Positions 1 through 11,731 are shown, counted from the first letter of the stretch. The stretch is 32,000 bases of DNA from Moraxella nasovis (GCF_022701215.1 NZ_CP089976.1:450001-482000); one strand, 5' to 3'. Numbers and translations are program-made. The notes: a model not told the origin generated them from the letters alone.

Positions 1-1
1 G

Positions 2-337
2 ATTCAGTCAAGTCATGCTGGTGCTATTAAAGCTGTCGGCTCATCAAACTACGCTGAATTAAATGCAAGTCTTTATGAAATCGCCCTTTTACAGGTGTTT
101 TCAGAGATGTGTCCATCTATGCTAAACCCCAGTGAGCGGGTTGAATTTGCCTACGCTTATCGCCAACAGCTGTCTATATTCATCACTCACACAAGCAATC
201 CCAAAGACACACTTAATTTCTTATCAAGCCAACCCAAATACCGCTTAACTCTCAAAAAGATGCGTGACTGGACACAAAGCTACCCTTGGTCAGTCAATCA
301 GCGAATGTGCCAAGATTTTACCAAAATGACCTTTTAG
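2..337 (+). CDS. 3' end of a hypothetical protein. The reading frame is open from the window edge, so the gene is 5'-truncated by the window.
   Basis: Frame 2 is open from nt 2 with no stop until the TAG at 335-337. The ATG at 95 in the ORF track is internal. No family motif recognised. Confidence 0.4.
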   Translation: MQSSHAGAIKAVGSSNYAELNASLYEIALLQVFSEMCPSMLNPSERVEFAYAYRQQLSIFITHTSNPKDTLNFLSSQPKYRLTLKKMRDWTQSYPWSVNQRMCQDFTKMTF

Positions 338-391
338 CAAGCTAAGACTTACGCCAAAACCAAGTAAAAATATGCTATGATAAGCACCTAA

Positions 392-1420
<1,029 letters not shown>

Positions 1421-1426
1421 TAAAAA

Positions 1427-1452
1427 CAGCTCCACTAAACAATGTGGGGCTG
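1427..1452 (+). terminator. Weak hairpin downstream of hemB
   Basis: CAGCTCCAC (1427-1435) pairs with GTGGGGCTG (1444-1452) with one U-G pair. The T tail is poor (tcaattta). Confidence 0.3.
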
Positions 1453-1609
1453 TCAATTTATATCCTAAAACAGCCGCTAACACAGAGCAAAACCTGTTTA
1501 CTTTTTAGCTTAGATTTTGTACAAGCCCATTAACTTGCACCTAGCAGAAGCCCAAAAATCATGTTAGAATAAATTTACCATTATTCATTAAAATAAATCA
1601 AGGTACATC

Positions 1610-3940
1610 ATGACAGCAACAGCCCAAGAAAGAGTTGATGACACCGCTTTTAACAGCGACGCCGACCAACAAAAAAAGCAGTTTGAACAAAATGCCCTAC
1701 ACTATCACGAACATCCCCGCCCTGGTAAAATCTCAGTCACCCCAACCAAACAAATGGCAAACCAACGTGACTTGGCTCTTGCCTACTCTCCCGGTGTTGC
1801 AGTACCTTGCCTTGAGATTGAAAAAGATCCATCTGCTGCTGCTAAGTACACTGCTCGTGCCAACCTAGTGGGTGTCATCACCAATGGTACAGCCGTGCTT
1901 GGCTTAGGTAACATCGGTGCTTTAGCATCTAAGCCTGTTATGGAAGGTAAAGGTGTGCTATTTAAAAAGTTCGCTGGTGTAGATGTATTTGATATTGAGA
2001 TTAACGAAAACGACCCTGATAAATTCATCGAAACTGTTGCAAGTCTTGAGCCAACGTTTGGTGGCATTAACCTAGAAGACATTAAAGCCCCCGAATGCTT
2101 TAAAATCGAGCGTGAACTGCGTGAACGCATGAACATTCCTGTGTTCCATGACGATCAGCATGGTACAGCCATTATTTCAGCTGCCGCTCTTTTAAATGCC
2201 TTACAACTAAACGGTAAAAACATCAGCGATATTACGCTTGTCTGCTCAGGAGCGGGGGCTGCAGCGATTAGCTGCCTTGACTTAGTCGTGGCACTTGGTG
2301 TAAATAAAAATAACATCTATGTTCTAGATTCTAAAGGCGTCATCACCACCAAGCGTGATAAGCTAGATGAATCTAAACTGCGTTATGCTCGTGATACCGA
2401 TAAGACGACTTTGGCAGAAGTGATGGAAAATGCCGACGTATTCTTAGGTCTATCAGGGCCGGGCGTGGTTAGCCAAGAAATGGTCAAATCTATGGCAAAA
2501 GATCCAATCATCTTTGCACTTGCCAACCCAACGCCTGAAATCATGCCAGAACTTGCTCATGCGGTTCGCTCAGATGTCATTATGGCAACAGGTCGTTCAG
2601 ACTACCCAAATCAGGTCAATAACGCTCTATGCTTCCCCTATATTTTCCGTGGGGCTTTAGATGTTGGTGCGACAACCGTCAACGAAGAAATGAAACTTGC
2701 TTGTGTGCATGCCATCGCTGCCATGGCACATAGCGACTCTTCAACCAACGAACACGTTACAACGCTAGATCAAGCCAAAAGATTTGGACGCGACTACCTT
2801 ATTCCAGGCCCGCTTGAACCAAACCTAATCTTAGAAATCGCTCCAGCAGTTGCAAAAGCAGCGATGGATAGCGGTGTTGCGACATTGCCGATTGAAAACT
2901 TTGATATCTATCGCCAAAAGCTCTCTGAGTTCGTTTATAACTCTGCTTTGGCAATGAAACCTGTATTTAATAAAGCTAAATCAGACCCTAAACGCATCGT
3001 TTATTCTGAAGGCGAAGATATTAACGTTCTAAGAGCGGTGCAAGTAGTCGTCGATGAAGAGATTGCCAAACCAATCTTAATCGGTCGCCCTGATGTTATC
3101 AATCAACAAATCAAGTCTTTAGGACTGCGTCTTATTGATGGCAAAAACATCACCATCATCGATCCGATGAACAACCCACGCAACGACGTCTATTACGACC
3201 ACTATTATAAAAAAGTGCAGCGTGATGGCATCAGCCTTGAGCTGGCTCGCCGAGATGTCCGTCGTAAGACCACTTTGCATGGTTCACTCATGGTAGAGCT
3301 TGGTGATGCCGATGGTCTCATCTGCGGCACATTTGGTTTTTACCATCTGCACTTAAATTACCTACGCCGTGTTATTGGCAAACGTGATGGCATCAGCCAA
3401 TTTTATGCGATGAGTGCTGTGCTTATGCAAAACCGCAACATCTTCATTGCAGACACCTACATTAATGAAGATCCGACAGCAGAAGAGTTGGCGGAGATGA
3501 CCATACTAGCAGCAGAAAGCGTGCGATGTTTTGGTATTACACCAAAAGTTGCCCTACTGTCGCACTCAAATTTTGGTACTTCTGATAAAGATTCAGCCAC
3601 TAAGATGCGCAAAGTGCATGACTTATTGACACAGATGGATGTCGATTTTGAGTTTGATGGTGAGATGCATGGTGATGTGGCATTAGATGCCAACTTACGC
3701 AACCAAGATTACAGCTTTAGCACACTTAAAGGCTCAGCAAACCTACTAATCATGCCGACACTTGATAGTGCCAACATCGCCTTTAATCTGCTAAAATCAG
3801 CAACAGGCTCAGCAGCGATAGGCCCTATCTTACTTGGTGCAGATAGACCTGTACACATCTTAACACCGACAGCGACAGCACGCCGTATCGTAAATATGAC
3901 AGCAATCGCTGTCTCAGACGCCCAACAAGTGGCTAAATAA
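1610..3940 (+). CDS. maeB: NADP-dependent malic enzyme with a phosphate-acetyltransferase-like C-terminal domain
   Basis: 776 aa. The N-terminal malic-enzyme domain shows [25 protein letters not shown] and a GAGAAA NAD(P) site. About 330 aa of PTA-like C-terminal domain follow. This architecture is typical of MaeB. Confidence 0.95.
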   Translation: MTATAQERVDDTAFNSDADQQKKQFEQNALHYHEHPRPGKISVTPTKQMANQRDLALAYSPGVAVPCLEIEKDPSAAAKYTARANLVGVITNGTAVLGLGNIGALASKPVMEGKGVLFKKFAGVDVFDIEINENDPDKFIETVASLEPTFGGINLEDIKAPECFKIERELRERMNIPVFHDDQHGTAIISAAALLNALQLNGKNISDITLVCSGAGAAAISCLDLVVALGVNKNNIYVLDSKGVITTKRDKLDESKLRYARDTDKTTLAEVMENADVFLGLSGPGVVSQEMVKSMAKDPIIFALANPTPEIMPELAHAVRSDVIMATGRSDYPNQVNNALCFPYIFRGALDVGATTVNEEMKLACVHAIAAMAHSDSSTNEHVTTLDQAKRFGRDYLIPGPLEPNLILEIAPAVAKAAMDSGVATLPIENFDIYRQKLSEFVYNSALAMKPVFNKAKSDPKRIVYSEGEDINVLRAVQVVVDEEIAKPILIGRPDVINQQIKSLGLRLIDGKNITIIDPMNNPRNDVYYDHYYKKVQRDGISLELARRDVRRKTTLHGSLMVELGDADGLICGTFGFYHLHLNYLRRVIGKRDGISQFYAMSAVLMQNRNIFIADTYINEDPTAEELAEMTILAAESVRCFGITPKVALLSHSNFGTSDKDSATKMRKVHDLLTQMDVDFEFDGEMHGDVALDANLRNQDYSFSTLKGSANLLIMPTLDSANIAFNLLKSATGSAAIGPILLGADRPVHILTPTATARRIVNMTAIAVSDAQQVAK

Positions 3941-3962
3941 TCAATAAATCAATTCATAAAAA

Positions 3963-3986
3963 AGCACTCAAATGGGGTGCTTTTTT
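3963..3986 (+). terminator. Rho-independent terminator after maeB
   Basis: 7-bp stem, AGCACTC (3963-3969) with GGGGTGCT (3975-3981), a 5-nt loop, then a T-run through 3986. Confidence 0.7.
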
Positions 3987-4034
3987 ATGTTATAGTAAAT
4001 GATAAAAATTTAAACTAAATCAAGATTACCATAA

Positions 4035-5201
4035 ATGACACTAAAGACTTATCTTGTCGGTGGCAGCGTCCGTGATACCTTACTAGACCTACCCGTTAAG
4101 GACAAGGATTTCGTCGTGGTGGGAGCGACACCACAAGACTTACTTGACTTAGGCTTTACCCAAATAGGGGTAGATTTTCCTGTGTTTTTACATCCATACA
4201 GCCATGATGAATACGCCTTAGCACGAACCGAACGTAAGACAGGTCAAGGCTATCAGGGCTTTAGCGTAGATACGACCAATGTATCTTTAAAAGATGATCT
4301 GCTTCGGCGAGATTTGACGATTAACGCCATGGCAATCCAAACTAAGGGGCTGTTTGATGATACTCCAAAAACAACAGAAATTATCGACCCTTATGGTGGA
4401 CAAAAAGACTTAGCAGATAAAACCCTTCGTCATATATCAGGTGCTTTTGATGAAGATCCACTGCGTGTACTTAGAGTGGCTCGATTTTTTGCTCGGTTTT
4501 TTGGCTTAGGGTTTCATGTTCATCCAGATACCGTAAAACTCATGCAGCAGATTGCCAACCGTGGCGAATTATCTCAGCTAAGCTGTGAGCGTATCTGGAC
4601 AGAGACAACTAAAGCCCTAGATGAAGTGCATGGCTTTGCGTATTTTAGTCTTTTAGATAAGCTCGGTATCTTGCCATTTATTTTACCTAATCTTGCCACA
4701 TCATGGGCGAACAACCCTGCCGCTAAATCCGCGACTTTCACCGCTTTAGCTGCTGCTTTCCACCAGCCTATCAGGGTTAAATTTAGCCTATTAATCAGCG
4801 TATTCTTAAATGACCCTAATCAGTTGGCTCAGCTAAATGCCATCGCAAGCACCCTAAAAATCCCCAATGCGATAAAAAATTTCGCCCAACTGTTTTTGGT
4901 TCATCACGATGATTTGATAGACCTAAAGCACTTAAAGGCGGACACATTGCTAAAGCTTATTGAAAACACCAAAGCTCATAAAGGCGATGACAGCCTTTTT
5001 AAGCTGATGGACGCTGTTGATATCTTGCACGGCACAAACTTAGATAAAAATTACCTAAAATCAGCCATTAGTACCTACCAAAGTGTCAGCATTCATGATG
5101 TAGATACCAATCTAAAGGGTAAGGCAATCGGCGATGAGCTGACACGCCTGCGTATCATGGCACTACAAGCCTTAAGCAGACACACTGACGATAGCATATA
5201 A
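4035..5201 (+). CDS. cca: tRNA nucleotidyltransferase (CCA-adding enzyme)
   Basis: 388 aa. N-terminal GGSVRD..L and DKDFVV pol-beta nucleotidyltransferase motifs, plus RRDLTINAMA. Confidence 0.9.
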   Translation: MTLKTYLVGGSVRDTLLDLPVKDKDFVVVGATPQDLLDLGFTQIGVDFPVFLHPYSHDEYALARTERKTGQGYQGFSVDTTNVSLKDDLLRRDLTINAMAIQTKGLFDDTPKTTEIIDPYGGQKDLADKTLRHISGAFDEDPLRVLRVARFFARFFGLGFHVHPDTVKLMQQIANRGELSQLSCERIWTETTKALDEVHGFAYFSLLDKLGILPFILPNLATSWANNPAAKSATFTALAAAFHQPIRVKFSLLISVFLNDPNQLAQLNAIASTLKIPNAIKNFAQLFLVHHDDLIDLKHLKADTLLKLIENTKAHKGDDSLFKLMDAVDILHGTNLDKNYLKSAISTYQSVSIHDVDTNLKGKAIGDELTRLRIMALQALSRHTDDSI

Positions 5202-5214
5202 TTTTACACTTAAT

Positions 5215-6018
5215 GTGATGATAAATATGAAAGCTCAAAACACAAAAACCGCCCTAATCACTGGGGGTAGTAGGCGTATCGGTAAAGCCATCACTATGGC
5301 ATTTCATAGCTTTGGCTTTAATGTAATTATTCACTGCAATAAAAGTCTAAATGATGCTGCATCGCTTGCAAGCTCGCTCAATGCTATCCGACCAAGCTCT
5401 GCTAAGGTGATACAAGCAGACTTGGCAGTCGTTGATGATATGGTTCAGCTCCATACATTTTATACCGAAGTTATAAATGCCTTTGGTGGGCTTGATATAC
5501 TGGTGCATAATGCATCAAGCTTTTATCCTAGTAACGTTAAGACAGACCTACTCAATGCCACTCATTTTGACACCCTACATCGCCATTGGCATGATTTATT
5601 TTTAACCAATGCCAAAGCACCGCTTATCTTAAGTCAGCTGTTTTATCCGCAGCTTGTCAAAAACTGTGGTAGCATTATCAGCATTTTAGATATTCACGCA
5701 CAGGGCAAGCCTTTTATTAAGCACCCCATCTACACTATGGCAAAAGCCGCTCAGCTTGCGATGGTACAATCTCTTGCTTTGGAATTTGCCCCAAATGTAC
5801 GCATTAATGGCGTATCGCCTGGCGTGAACATTCTGCCAGAAGATAGCCCACAATTTGACGATGATTTTGCATTACATATGCAGCACTCCATCCCACTTGC
5901 AAAAATTGGCACGCCAAGCGATATCGCAAAAGCTGTACTCTTTTTGGCAACAACTGACTACATCACAGGGCAAGTGTTACCAGTAGATGGTGGACGAAGT
6001 CTTACGCTGCCTTATTAA
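5215..6018 (+). CDS. Short-chain dehydrogenase/reductase, pteridine reductase / FolM-like
   Basis: TGGSRRIGKAI glycine-rich site, an NASSFYP segment and the catalytic YxxxK (YTMAKAA). The overall pattern resembles pteridine reductases. The start is probably the ATG at 5218 or 5227; 5215 is GTG. Confidence 0.8.
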   Translation: MMINMKAQNTKTALITGGSRRIGKAITMAFHSFGFNVIIHCNKSLNDAASLASSLNAIRPSSAKVIQADLAVVDDMVQLHTFYTEVINAFGGLDILVHNASSFYPSNVKTDLLNATHFDTLHRHWHDLFLTNAKAPLILSQLFYPQLVKNCGSIISILDIHAQGKPFIKHPIYTMAKAAQLAMVQSLALEFAPNVRINGVSPGVNILPEDSPQFDDDFALHMQHSIPLAKIGTPSDIAKAVLFLATTDYITGQVLPVDGGRSLTLPY

Positions 6019-6088
6019 TCTTGCTGGTTTTTTACAAAGTATTTGGTATTTTTTACATTTTCGTGTAAAATGTGCGTTCTATTTTCAC

Positions 6089-6126
6089 AATCCCAAAGCT
6101 AAGTTGGTTTTTTGGGATTTATTTTG
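6089..6126 (+). terminator. Hairpin terminator after the SDR gene
   Basis: 9-bp stem, AATCCCAAA (6089-6097) with TTTGGGATT (6111-6119), followed by TATTTTG. Confidence 0.6.
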
Positions 6127-6241
6127 TAAATATTTGGAGTTGATAGCTTAATCAAATCTCAAACACACCCGATAACAGATTAATCAATCTGCCAAAAGTA
6201 CGTTTGATAACAGTATTAAGATCCCAACGCTTTTCTCTTTT

Positions 6242-7654
6242 TTGCGTTTACGCACGCTTTTGGAGGACTCTACGTTGAGTACACCTGTTACTAACGTTGC
6301 TAAGTTGCAACGAAATCTTGGACTATGGCACGTCATTATCATCGGTCTTGCCTATATTCAGCCGATGACTTTATTAGATACTTTCGGTATGGTATCTCGT
6401 GACAGTGGCGGTCATGTGCCGATGTCGTATATCTTCGCTCTGGTTGCTATTTTGCTGACGTCTATCAGCTATGGGCACATGATCCGAGCCTATCCTTCTT
6501 CTGGTTCTGCTTACACATATACCCAACGCTCAATCAACCCATCTATGGGCTTTATGGTTGGCTGGTCAAGCTGGCTTGATTACCTGCTATCACCGATGGT
6601 CAATATCATCTTGGCAGTAATCTATTTAGAAGCTCTTTTCCCAAGTGTAAATCACTGGGTGTGGGTGATTAGCCTTACCGCTCTTATGACTGGGGTGAAT
6701 ATATTTGGCTCAAAAGTGGTTGCCTATTTTAACAGCTGGATTGTGTTTGTACAGTTAATTGTCATCGGCGTGTTCGTCTATTTGATCTATACTAAGCTGC
6801 AAATGGGGACTTATGCCGATGGCACAATCATGGCAGACGCTTATGAAATGTGGAGCTTAAAGCCATTTTGGAATGAGATGACATCAGTCGGTGCACTCAT
6901 CACAGGGGCGACCATCTTATGCTTCTCGTTCACAGGATTTGATTCATTATCAAGCCTTGCTGAAGAGACCAAAGACGTCAAAAACACCCTACCAAAAGCC
7001 ATGATCTTAACATCGCTCATCGCAGGTGTGGTCTTTATCATCAGTACCTATTTTATGCAAGTCTTCTTCCCATCAAACCCTAGCACTTACTTTGAGCTTG
7101 TTGATGAGACTCAGCCTGAAGTCTTGATGTTGGTTGGTGGCTCACTATTTCAAGCATGGGTACTTGGCTTTGCTATCGTAACAGTAATGGCATCAGGCAT
7201 ATCAGCTCACGCAGGTGTATCAAGACTGATGTATGTCATGGGTCGTGACGGCGTGATTAGTAATAAAATCTTTGGTCAAATTAGCCCAAGATTCTTTACG
7301 CCTGTAAATAACATTCTGATTGCAGGTGCAGTTGCCTTAACCGCAGGTTTTATCAGCCTTGAGGCGGTGGTAAACCTAATCAGCTTTGGTGCATTGACGG
7401 CATTTAGCTTTGTAAATCTATCGGTAATCTTTCGTTATGCCATCCGTGATAAGAAAGTCGGCTCGCTAAAACAATTTATTAGCTATGTTGTCGTGCCTGT
7501 GCTTGGCTTTATCAGCGTATTTTTAATGTGGCTTGAAGTGGATAAAATTACACTAAATGTCGGCTTAGCTTGGGCAGCACTTGGCTTTGTATGGCTTGGT
7601 ATTAAAACTTCTGGATTTAAAAAACCTGTACCCCAGTATAACGAGCATGAATAA
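6242..7654 (+). CDS. APC-superfamily amino acid/polyamine permease (PuuP-like)
   Basis: 470 aa and about 12 predicted hydrophobic helices. N-terminal L.R.LGLWHV..IGLAY pattern and a GFDS..SLAEE motif. The likely true start is the TTG at 6275, 7 nt after GGAGGA (6262-6267). Confidence 0.85.
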   Translation: MRLRTLLEDSTLSTPVTNVAKLQRNLGLWHVIIIGLAYIQPMTLLDTFGMVSRDSGGHVPMSYIFALVAILLTSISYGHMIRAYPSSGSAYTYTQRSINPSMGFMVGWSSWLDYLLSPMVNIILAVIYLEALFPSVNHWVWVISLTALMTGVNIFGSKVVAYFNSWIVFVQLIVIGVFVYLIYTKLQMGTYADGTIMADAYEMWSLKPFWNEMTSVGALITGATILCFSFTGFDSLSSLAEETKDVKNTLPKAMILTSLIAGVVFIISTYFMQVFFPSNPSTYFELVDETQPEVLMLVGGSLFQAWVLGFAIVTVMASGISAHAGVSRLMYVMGRDGVISNKIFGQISPRFFTPVNNILIAGAVALTAGFISLEAVVNLISFGALTAFSFVNLSVIFRYAIRDKKVGSLKQFISYVVVPVLGFISVFLMWLEVDKITLNVGLAWAALGFVWLGIKTSGFKKPVPQYNEHE

Positions 7655-7672
7655 TACTGTTTTATGCTCACC

Positions 7673-7702
7673 AAAAATCCCATCGCATGATGGGATTTTT
7701 TA
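7673..7702 (+). terminator. Strong rho-independent terminator after the permease
   Basis: ATCCCATC (7677-7684) pairs with GATGGGAT (7689-7696), with a GCAT loop and a T-run to 7701. Confidence 0.85.
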
Positions 7703-8082
7703 TGCCTAAAATCATCAGAATAAAAAGGATTTTACCCTAATTATCCAACGCTTAATTTTAGCTTACATTTATTCTAAAATTTGCTATCTTAAGCATCTTT
7801 TAAAAAATAAATCTTTTAATGCACGCCCTTTACTTCATTAAAAAAACTTTCTTAAGCCAAACAACAACACAAATCAAACACCAAACCTGAGCTTTAGATA
7901 AAGATAGATGGACTTAAAAAGCCCCAAAAATAAGTAAAATTGCTACTTTGATGACTGTGGTAACAGCACGCACTAACGCATTCTAAGAAAGAGTTACTTT
8001 TTAGCGGTTTTATTTTTGGTAAAAAAGATGATGTAAATTTTAGAATTTTGGCTTAAAATAGTGATTTTAACTAGCCATTATC

Positions 8083-8808
8083 ATGACAAATAACCCATTA
8101 AGAAACACCCAAATCCCCACCACCGACCCCCAAGCAGGACTTAAGATCACCGAAATATTTTACTCCTTGCAAGGCGAGGCACTCAGTTCAGGCTTGCCGA
8201 CCATATTTGTACGTCTTACAGGCTGTCCATTACGCTGCACTTATTGTGATACTACTTATTCATTTACAGGCGGTGAGAGACTGTCTTTAGATGAGATTAT
8301 CGCCATCATCGAATCCTACCCCTGCCAGCGTATTTGCCTAACTGGCGGTGAGCCATTAGCACAGCCCAATACCATCGCACTGATGCACGCCTTGCTGGCT
8401 AAAGACTATGAGATATCACTTGAGACTGCAGGGGCTTTATCAGTGGCACAAGTCCCTACTGCCGTCTCAAAAGTCATGGACCTAAAATCCCCATCATCTG
8501 GAGAATGCGATAAGAATTTATGGGAAAATCTAGCCCATCTTACACCCCACGACCAAATCAAAATCGTCATCGCCAATCGCACCGACTATGACTGGGCAAA
8601 AAAAATCATCGATGAGCACCGTCTGCACCAAAAATGCGGAACAGTATGGCTGTCACCTATGTTTAATTTACACGATTCAAGCAAATCTTTAGATGCCATG
8701 CCAAGCCTTGCAACCGATCTGGCAGAGTGGATACTGGCAGACGCACTGCCTGTGCGATTTGGTCTGCAGCTGCATAAAATCATCTGGGCGGACGCCAAAG
8801 GTAAATGA
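8083..8808 (+). CDS. queE: 7-carboxy-7-deazaguanine synthase (radical SAM, queuosine pathway)
   Basis: 241 aa. [10 protein letters not shown] radical-SAM CxxxCxxC cluster and LTGGEPL. Size and layout are typical of QueE. Confidence 0.9.
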   Translation: MTNNPLRNTQIPTTDPQAGLKITEIFYSLQGEALSSGLPTIFVRLTGCPLRCTYCDTTYSFTGGERLSLDEIIAIIESYPCQRICLTGGEPLAQPNTIALMHALLAKDYEISLETAGALSVAQVPTAVSKVMDLKSPSSGECDKNLWENLAHLTPHDQIKIVIANRTDYDWAKKIIDEHRLHQKCGTVWLSPMFNLHDSSKSLDAMPSLATDLAEWILADALPVRFGLQLHKIIWADAKGK

Positions 8809-8810
8809 CG

Positions 8811-8836
8811 CCAAATTTGCAAACCAAATTTGCAAA
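8811..8836 (+). repeat. Perfect tandem duplication of the 13-bp unit CCAAATTTGCAAA. The core TTTGCAAA is palindromic.
   Basis: 8811-8823 and 8824-8836 are identical. A third partial copy, CTTTGCAAT, lies at 8843-8851. Confidence 0.9.
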
Positions 8837-8844
8837 TAAACACT

Positions 8845-8872
8845 TTGCAATCACCATAAACTTTGATAAAAT
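8845..8872 (+). promoter_or_regulatory. Candidate sigma70 promoter for rpoZ
   Basis: TTGCAA (8845-8850), 16-nt spacer, TAAAAT (8867-8872), about 40 nt upstream of the rpoZ ATG. Confidence 0.45.
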
Positions 8873-8912
8873 GGCGAGCTATCCGTTATTATTTATTAAA
8901 AGAGATCGCACT

Positions 8913-9176
8913 ATGGCACGAGTTACTATTGAAGATTGCTTAGAAAATGTTGATAACCGTTTTGAGCTGATTTTGGTTGCCAGTCGTCGTGCACGCCAAT
9001 TAGCACAAGGTAATGTAGATCCTACGGTAGCTGTCCAAAACGACAAGCCAACTGTGCTTGCCCTACGTGAGATTGCTGCAGGTAACGTTACTCGAACCAT
9101 CTTAGACGAACCTGAAGAAGTCTTTGTAAAAACGGTTGAACGCTTTGATTTATCACTAAACCCTGCAGACTTCTAA
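8913..9176 (+). CDS. rpoZ: DNA-directed RNA polymerase omega subunit
   Basis: Begins [30 protein letters not shown], the canonical omega N-terminus. The track ORF starting at 8805 is an upstream in-frame extension that overlaps the queE stop. Confidence 0.9.
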   Translation: MARVTIEDCLENVDNRFELILVASRRARQLAQGNVDPTVAVQNDKPTVLALREIAAGNVTRTILDEPEEVFVKTVERFDLSLNPADF

Positions 9177-9197
9177 TCGACACAATCCATTAATTTA

Positions 9198-9224
9198 CCG
9201 CACAGTATCTTGTGTGGTTTTTTA
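9198..9224 (+). terminator. Rho-independent terminator after rpoZ
   Basis: CCGCACA (9198-9204) pairs with TGTGTGG (9211-9217), with one G-U pair, then a T-run at 9218-9224. Confidence 0.8.
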
Positions 9225-9362
9225 TTATATGGCGGACTATTTTTGATAAGATTTTTTTGAAAATTTACACAAAAACCTATTGACAAGCCACCCGATAATT
9301 GGTGTAGTATAAGGCTATATTACCCTTTGTTAAGATGGTCAAAATTTGCGATTTTTTAGCTG

Positions 9363-11621
9363 ATGTCGCAAGCTTACCACTTAATATTTACTAACGAACA
9401 TCAGCAAGCCGAGTTATCCATGCCAGCTCATCATTCTTATGATATATCAGATCGTTTTAGCCACCCTTTAGTCGATGAGTCTGCCGACAGCTTAATGCGT
9501 GCGGCTGGCTATTTAAGCGATGAAGAGCGTGCCGATGTCTGGCGTGCGTGCCACTTTGGCGATGTCGCCCACATTAAAGATAAACGTAAATCAGGCGAGC
9601 CTTACATTACTCACCCCATCGCTGTTGCTGAGATTATTGCAGGCTTTAAGCTTGATAAAGACACGATTATCGCTGCCATCTTGCATGACACGGTGGAAGA
9701 CACAGACGTTACCCATGACAACTTAATTGCAGAATTTGGGCAGACGGTGGCGTGTCTTGTGGATGGAGTCACCAAGCTTAAGTCATCTAGCATGAGCCGT
9801 CAGCAAAGCCAAGCTGCAACCTTTCATAAGATTCTCACAGCGACCATCTCAGATCCTAGAGTACTGATTATCAAGCTATCTGACCGCCTGCATAATATGT
9901 CTACCCTAGATGCTGTCAGCGAAGAAAAACAAAAACGCACTGCTCGTGAGACCCTAGATTTTTATATCCCATTTGCTCGCATTATGGGGCTAAATGACAT
10001 CGCTGATTATATCGAACTGCTGTGCTATCGCAACCTAAACCCTGCCATGTACACCAAGTTTACCGATAAGCTACTTCAGCATGGGCTAGGGCGTAATTTT
10101 CAAAAACTAGAAACCAGCACCTATTTACAGCACCTACTTCAGCAGCTTAAGCTAAATGGCAATGTCCAAGTACTGGATAATCGTGCATCCATGTACCGTC
10201 AGTTTTTTAAGAATCGTGGCGAGATTAGCAAGCTTGCTCGTCAGTATGATTTTGAGGTAGTGCTTGATGATATTAAGTCTTGTGACATATTAGCTGATTA
10301 TTTGGTTAAAGAGCATAACATCGCCGACAAACAGATTCAAGATAATATCCGTAAACCCCTGGCTGGTGGCAATCAGTCGCTAACTCTTATCTATGAGCAA
10401 GACTATAATCACATTAAGGTAACTTTACTCACCAAGCGGATGCAAGAAGCGGCAAGACTTGGTGTTATTAGTCGTGATAAAGGAGACGTCAGCCAATCAG
10501 TCATCCAAGCAAGCTTACGCAATATGAAAGACCTTGCTAATGCAGAAAAACTCGATCGCAATACTGATGAGAATGTGAATGCAGATTCTGTCGCCATCAT
10601 TGATGAACTGATAAACTACCTACACGAACGTAAAATCGTCTGTTACAGCCCAAAAGGTCGTGCTTATGAGCTACCACGAGGCTCAACCGCCCTTGATTTC
10701 GCCTATGCTGTCGGCCCTGCCATCGGTAACATCGCCACAGGAGCTGATATTAATGGAAAACATGGCAAGCTTGGTAATGTCCTGGCAGATGGTGATAGTG
10801 TCAGCATTGACACCGATAAAAACGCCATACCAAAAGCAGAATGGCTAGGCTTTGTTGCAACTAATAAAGCTCGTGCCGAAATCTTACGGGTCTTAAAACG
10901 CCTGCCAGACAGCGATAAAGTCAAACACGGCTATGAAGCCTTAGACCGAGCTTTACGCACCTATGGAAAAAGCATCACCGACCTTGAGCCACTTGACTGG
11001 CAAGACATCCTAAACTGGCGTGGGCTATCCGATAAGAACGAACTATTTTTACAGATTGCTGGCGGCACGCTTTTACCACAGATGGTCGTTTCTCGGTTGT
11101 TTAGCGAAGAAATTGACACCGCTGATCTTAACCAAATCACCCAGTCAAAGCACCTATTAGCAGGTGTGCGTGGCGTGGAAGTTGCCTTTGGTAAGTGCTG
11201 TAACCCCATCTATGGCGATCATATCGTTGGGCATTTATCATCAAGCAAGGGCTTGGTGATTCACCGCCATAAATGCTATTCGCTCGCTGCGGTGCGCGCC
11301 GATAACCCCTATCAGATTATTCAGGTTAGCTGGAAGCCTAATGTAGATATCGACCAGAAGGCACATCAGCTGCATTTTCCTGCTACGTTACGCATCTTTG
11401 CCATGCTAAATGAAGAACAAATCAGTCAAGCCATCTATGAACTTCGTGCTTTTAATATCGGTGTAGAGCAGACATCGATTAAGATGGATAATAAAGACAG
11501 CAAGACAGGCTCAACTTTATTTCATGTCGTCGTGCGGTCTCGTGATCACTTAGATGAAGGTGTTGTAAGACTTCGCCAAATTCTAGGCTACCCTAATATC
11601 ATGCGACTATATCAGTTTTAA
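9363..11621 (+). CDS. spoT: Bifunctional (p)ppGpp synthetase/hydrolase (RelA/SpoT homologue)
   Basis: 752 aa. HD hydrolase motifs (HPIAVAEI, LHDTVEDT), a RelA/SpoT synthetase region, a TGS region (CYSPKGRAYELPRGSTALDFAY) and a C-terminal ACT-like region. Sits in the conserved position after rpoZ. Confidence 0.9.
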   Translation: MSQAYHLIFTNEHQQAELSMPAHHSYDISDRFSHPLVDESADSLMRAAGYLSDEERADVWRACHFGDVAHIKDKRKSGEPYITHPIAVAEIIAGFKLDKDTIIAAILHDTVEDTDVTHDNLIAEFGQTVACLVDGVTKLKSSSMSRQQSQAATFHKILTATISDPRVLIIKLSDRLHNMSTLDAVSEEKQKRTARETLDFYIPFARIMGLNDIADYIELLCYRNLNPAMYTKFTDKLLQHGLGRNFQKLETSTYLQHLLQQLKLNGNVQVLDNRASMYRQFFKNRGEISKLARQYDFEVVLDDIKSCDILADYLVKEHNIADKQIQDNIRKPLAGGNQSLTLIYEQDYNHIKVTLLTKRMQEAARLGVISRDKGDVSQSVIQASLRNMKDLANAEKLDRNTDENVNADSVAIIDELINYLHERKIVCYSPKGRAYELPRGSTALDFAYAVGPAIGNIATGADINGKHGKLGNVLADGDSVSIDTDKNAIPKAEWLGFVATNKARAEILRVLKRLPDSDKVKHGYEALDRALRTYGKSITDLEPLDWQDILNWRGLSDKNELFLQIAGGTLLPQMVVSRLFSEEIDTADLNQITQSKHLLAGVRGVEVAFGKCCNPIYGDHIVGHLSSSKGLVIHRHKCYSLAAVRADNPYQIIQVSWKPNVDIDQKAHQLHFPATLRIFAMLNEEQISQAIYELRAFNIGVEQTSIKMDNKDSKTGSTLFHVVVRSRDHLDEGVVRLRQILGYPNIMRLYQF

Positions 11622-11664
11622 ATGGTCTTTAGTTTGATCAGGTATCGTTCGTAACAAAAATTGC

Positions 11665-11692
11665 TTGAATTTTACCTAATGTTTAGGATAAT
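11665..11692 (+). promoter_or_regulatory. Candidate sigma70 promoter for the small ORF and ridA
   Basis: TTGAAT (11665-11670), 16-nt spacer, GATAAT (11687-11692), about 40 nt upstream of the ATG at 11732. Confidence 0.4.
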
Positions 11693-11731
11693 ATAGATCT
11701 ATAAGAGTTGGTAAAAATATGGAGGATTTTT

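Noticed and set aside
8805-8912. N-terminal 36-codon extension of the rpoZ ORF as given in the ORF track
   Set aside because: The canonical omega N-terminus MARVTIEDC begins at 8913. The extension overlaps the queE stop and covers the repeat/promoter region.
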